This document shows, piece after piece, positions 33,899 through 34,729 of a stretch of 34,729 nucleotides of DNA. Each line of letters starts with the position of its first letter. Position 1 is the first letter of the stretch. The position numbers were made by a program, and so were the translations under genes. Under the pieces are notes generated by a model. The model made no database searches. It was not told the DNA's origin and worked only from the letters and a program-made list of their open reading frames with translations. The stretch spans positions 1 through 34,729 of the forward strand of contig JBGQHJ010000036.1 in assembly GCA_041497895.1 (NCBI GenBank), written 5' to 3'. Source of the DNA: Candidatus Methylomirabilia bacterium. GTDB lineage: Bacteria; Methylomirabilota; Methylomirabilia; Rokubacteriales; CSP1-6.

Positions 33899-34729
33899 TC
33901 AAAAGATGATCGGCTCTCGGTACAGGCCGAACACCCGGCGGTACACGTCCGAGATCTCGCCCAGCGAGACGTAGTCCTTCACCGCGTCCACCAGCACCGG
34001 CATGACGTTCTGATTGTCGCGGCAGGCCTGGGCCAGCTGCTTGAGTCGCCGCTCCACCCGGGCCGCGTCGCGCGAGGCCTTCACCTGCCCCACCCGCGTG
34101 ATCTGCTCCTGCTCGATGGCCGGGTCGATGCGCAGGTACTCGACCGGCTTCTCCTCGGGCATCACGTACTTGTTGACGCCCACCACCGTCTTCTCGCCCC
34201 GATCGTCCATGAGCTGGTAGCGGTAGGCCGCGTCCGCGATCTCCTGCTGCGGGTAGCCGAGGTCGATGGCGCGCACGATGCCGCCCAGCTCGTCGATCTT
34301 GCGGATGTAGCCCATCGCCTGCGCTTCCATCTGATCGGTGAGCCGCTCCAGGAAGTAGGAGCCGCCCAGCGGATCCGCGGTCAGCGGCACCCCGGTCTCC
34401 TCCGCGATCACCTGCTGGGTGCGCAGCGCCACCGTCACCGCCTCCTCGGTGGGCAGGGCCAGCACCTCGTCGTAGGAGTTGGTGTGGAGCGACTGGGCCC
34501 CGCCGAGCACCGCGGCCAGGGCCTGGAGCGCCACCCGCGCCACGTTGTTGAGCGGCTGCTGGGCGGTGGCCGACACCCCCGCGGTCTGGGTGTGGGTGCG
34601 CAGGCGCATCGACTCCGGCTTCCTGGCCCGGAAGCGGTCGCGCATCACGGTGGCCCAGATCCGCCGGGCCGCCCGCAGCTTGGCGATCTCCTCGAAGAAG
34701 TCGTTGTGGATGTCGAAGAAGAACGAAAG
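33899..34729 (-). CDS. Acyl-CoA (methylmalonyl-CoA family) mutase large subunit, partial (5' end lies beyond the window)
   Basis: Frame is open to the window edge: [47 protein letters not shown]; ends with no B12-binding domain. Confidence 0.92.
   Translation of the reverse strand, partial: LSFFFDIHNDFFEEIAKLRAARRIWATVMRDRFRARKPESMRLRTHTQTAGVSATAQQPLNNVARVALQALAAVLGGAQSLHTNSYDEVLALPTEEAVTVALRTQQVIAEETGVPLTADPLGGSYFLERLTDQMEAQAMGYIRKIDELGGIVRAIDLGYPQQEIADAAYRYQLMDDRGEKTVVGVNKYVMPEEKPVEYLRIDPAIEQEQITRVGQVKASRDAARVERRLKQLAQACRDNQNVMPVLVDAVKDYVSLGEISDVYRRVFGLYREPIIF

Overview
High-GC bacterial window, densely coding and almost entirely on the minus strand. The gene content and repeat style are suggestive of Rokubacteria/Methylomirabilota, which is an inference only. 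From right to left it holds: (1) a split B12-dependent acyl-CoA mutase cluster with ilvE, DinB, HIT, a SAM methyltransferase, an acyl-CoA dehydrogenase and a crotonase; (2) three LIV/HAAT-family ABC transporter cassettes, two of them tandem paralogues that each embed a long-chain acyl-CoA ligase; (3) a degenerate AMP ligase, a second acyl-CoA dehydrogenase, a PfkB kinase, a cyclophilin-like protein and a transaldolase; (4) a three-gene alkylation-damage module; and (5) on the plus strand, a FAAL-like ligase and an LLM/F420-class oxidoreductase. The best candidate for an undescribed system is the alkylation module: an ECF sigma factor overlapping a gene for an O6-methylguanine methyltransferase that has an N-terminal helical extension, a C-terminal Ada Zn domain and no AraC domain, followed by a 2OG-Fe(II) oxygenase. 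This may be a sigma/anti-sigma version of the adaptive response. Other notable signals are a REP-like hairpin read in frame inside an acyl-CoA dehydrogenase, a hairpin that splits a ribosome-binding site from its start codon, a 146-bp inverted-repeat element next to a degenerate hexamer array, and probable leaderless promoters. No rRNA, tRNA, CRISPR array or transposase was seen. All calls come from reading motifs by eye; no database search was run.
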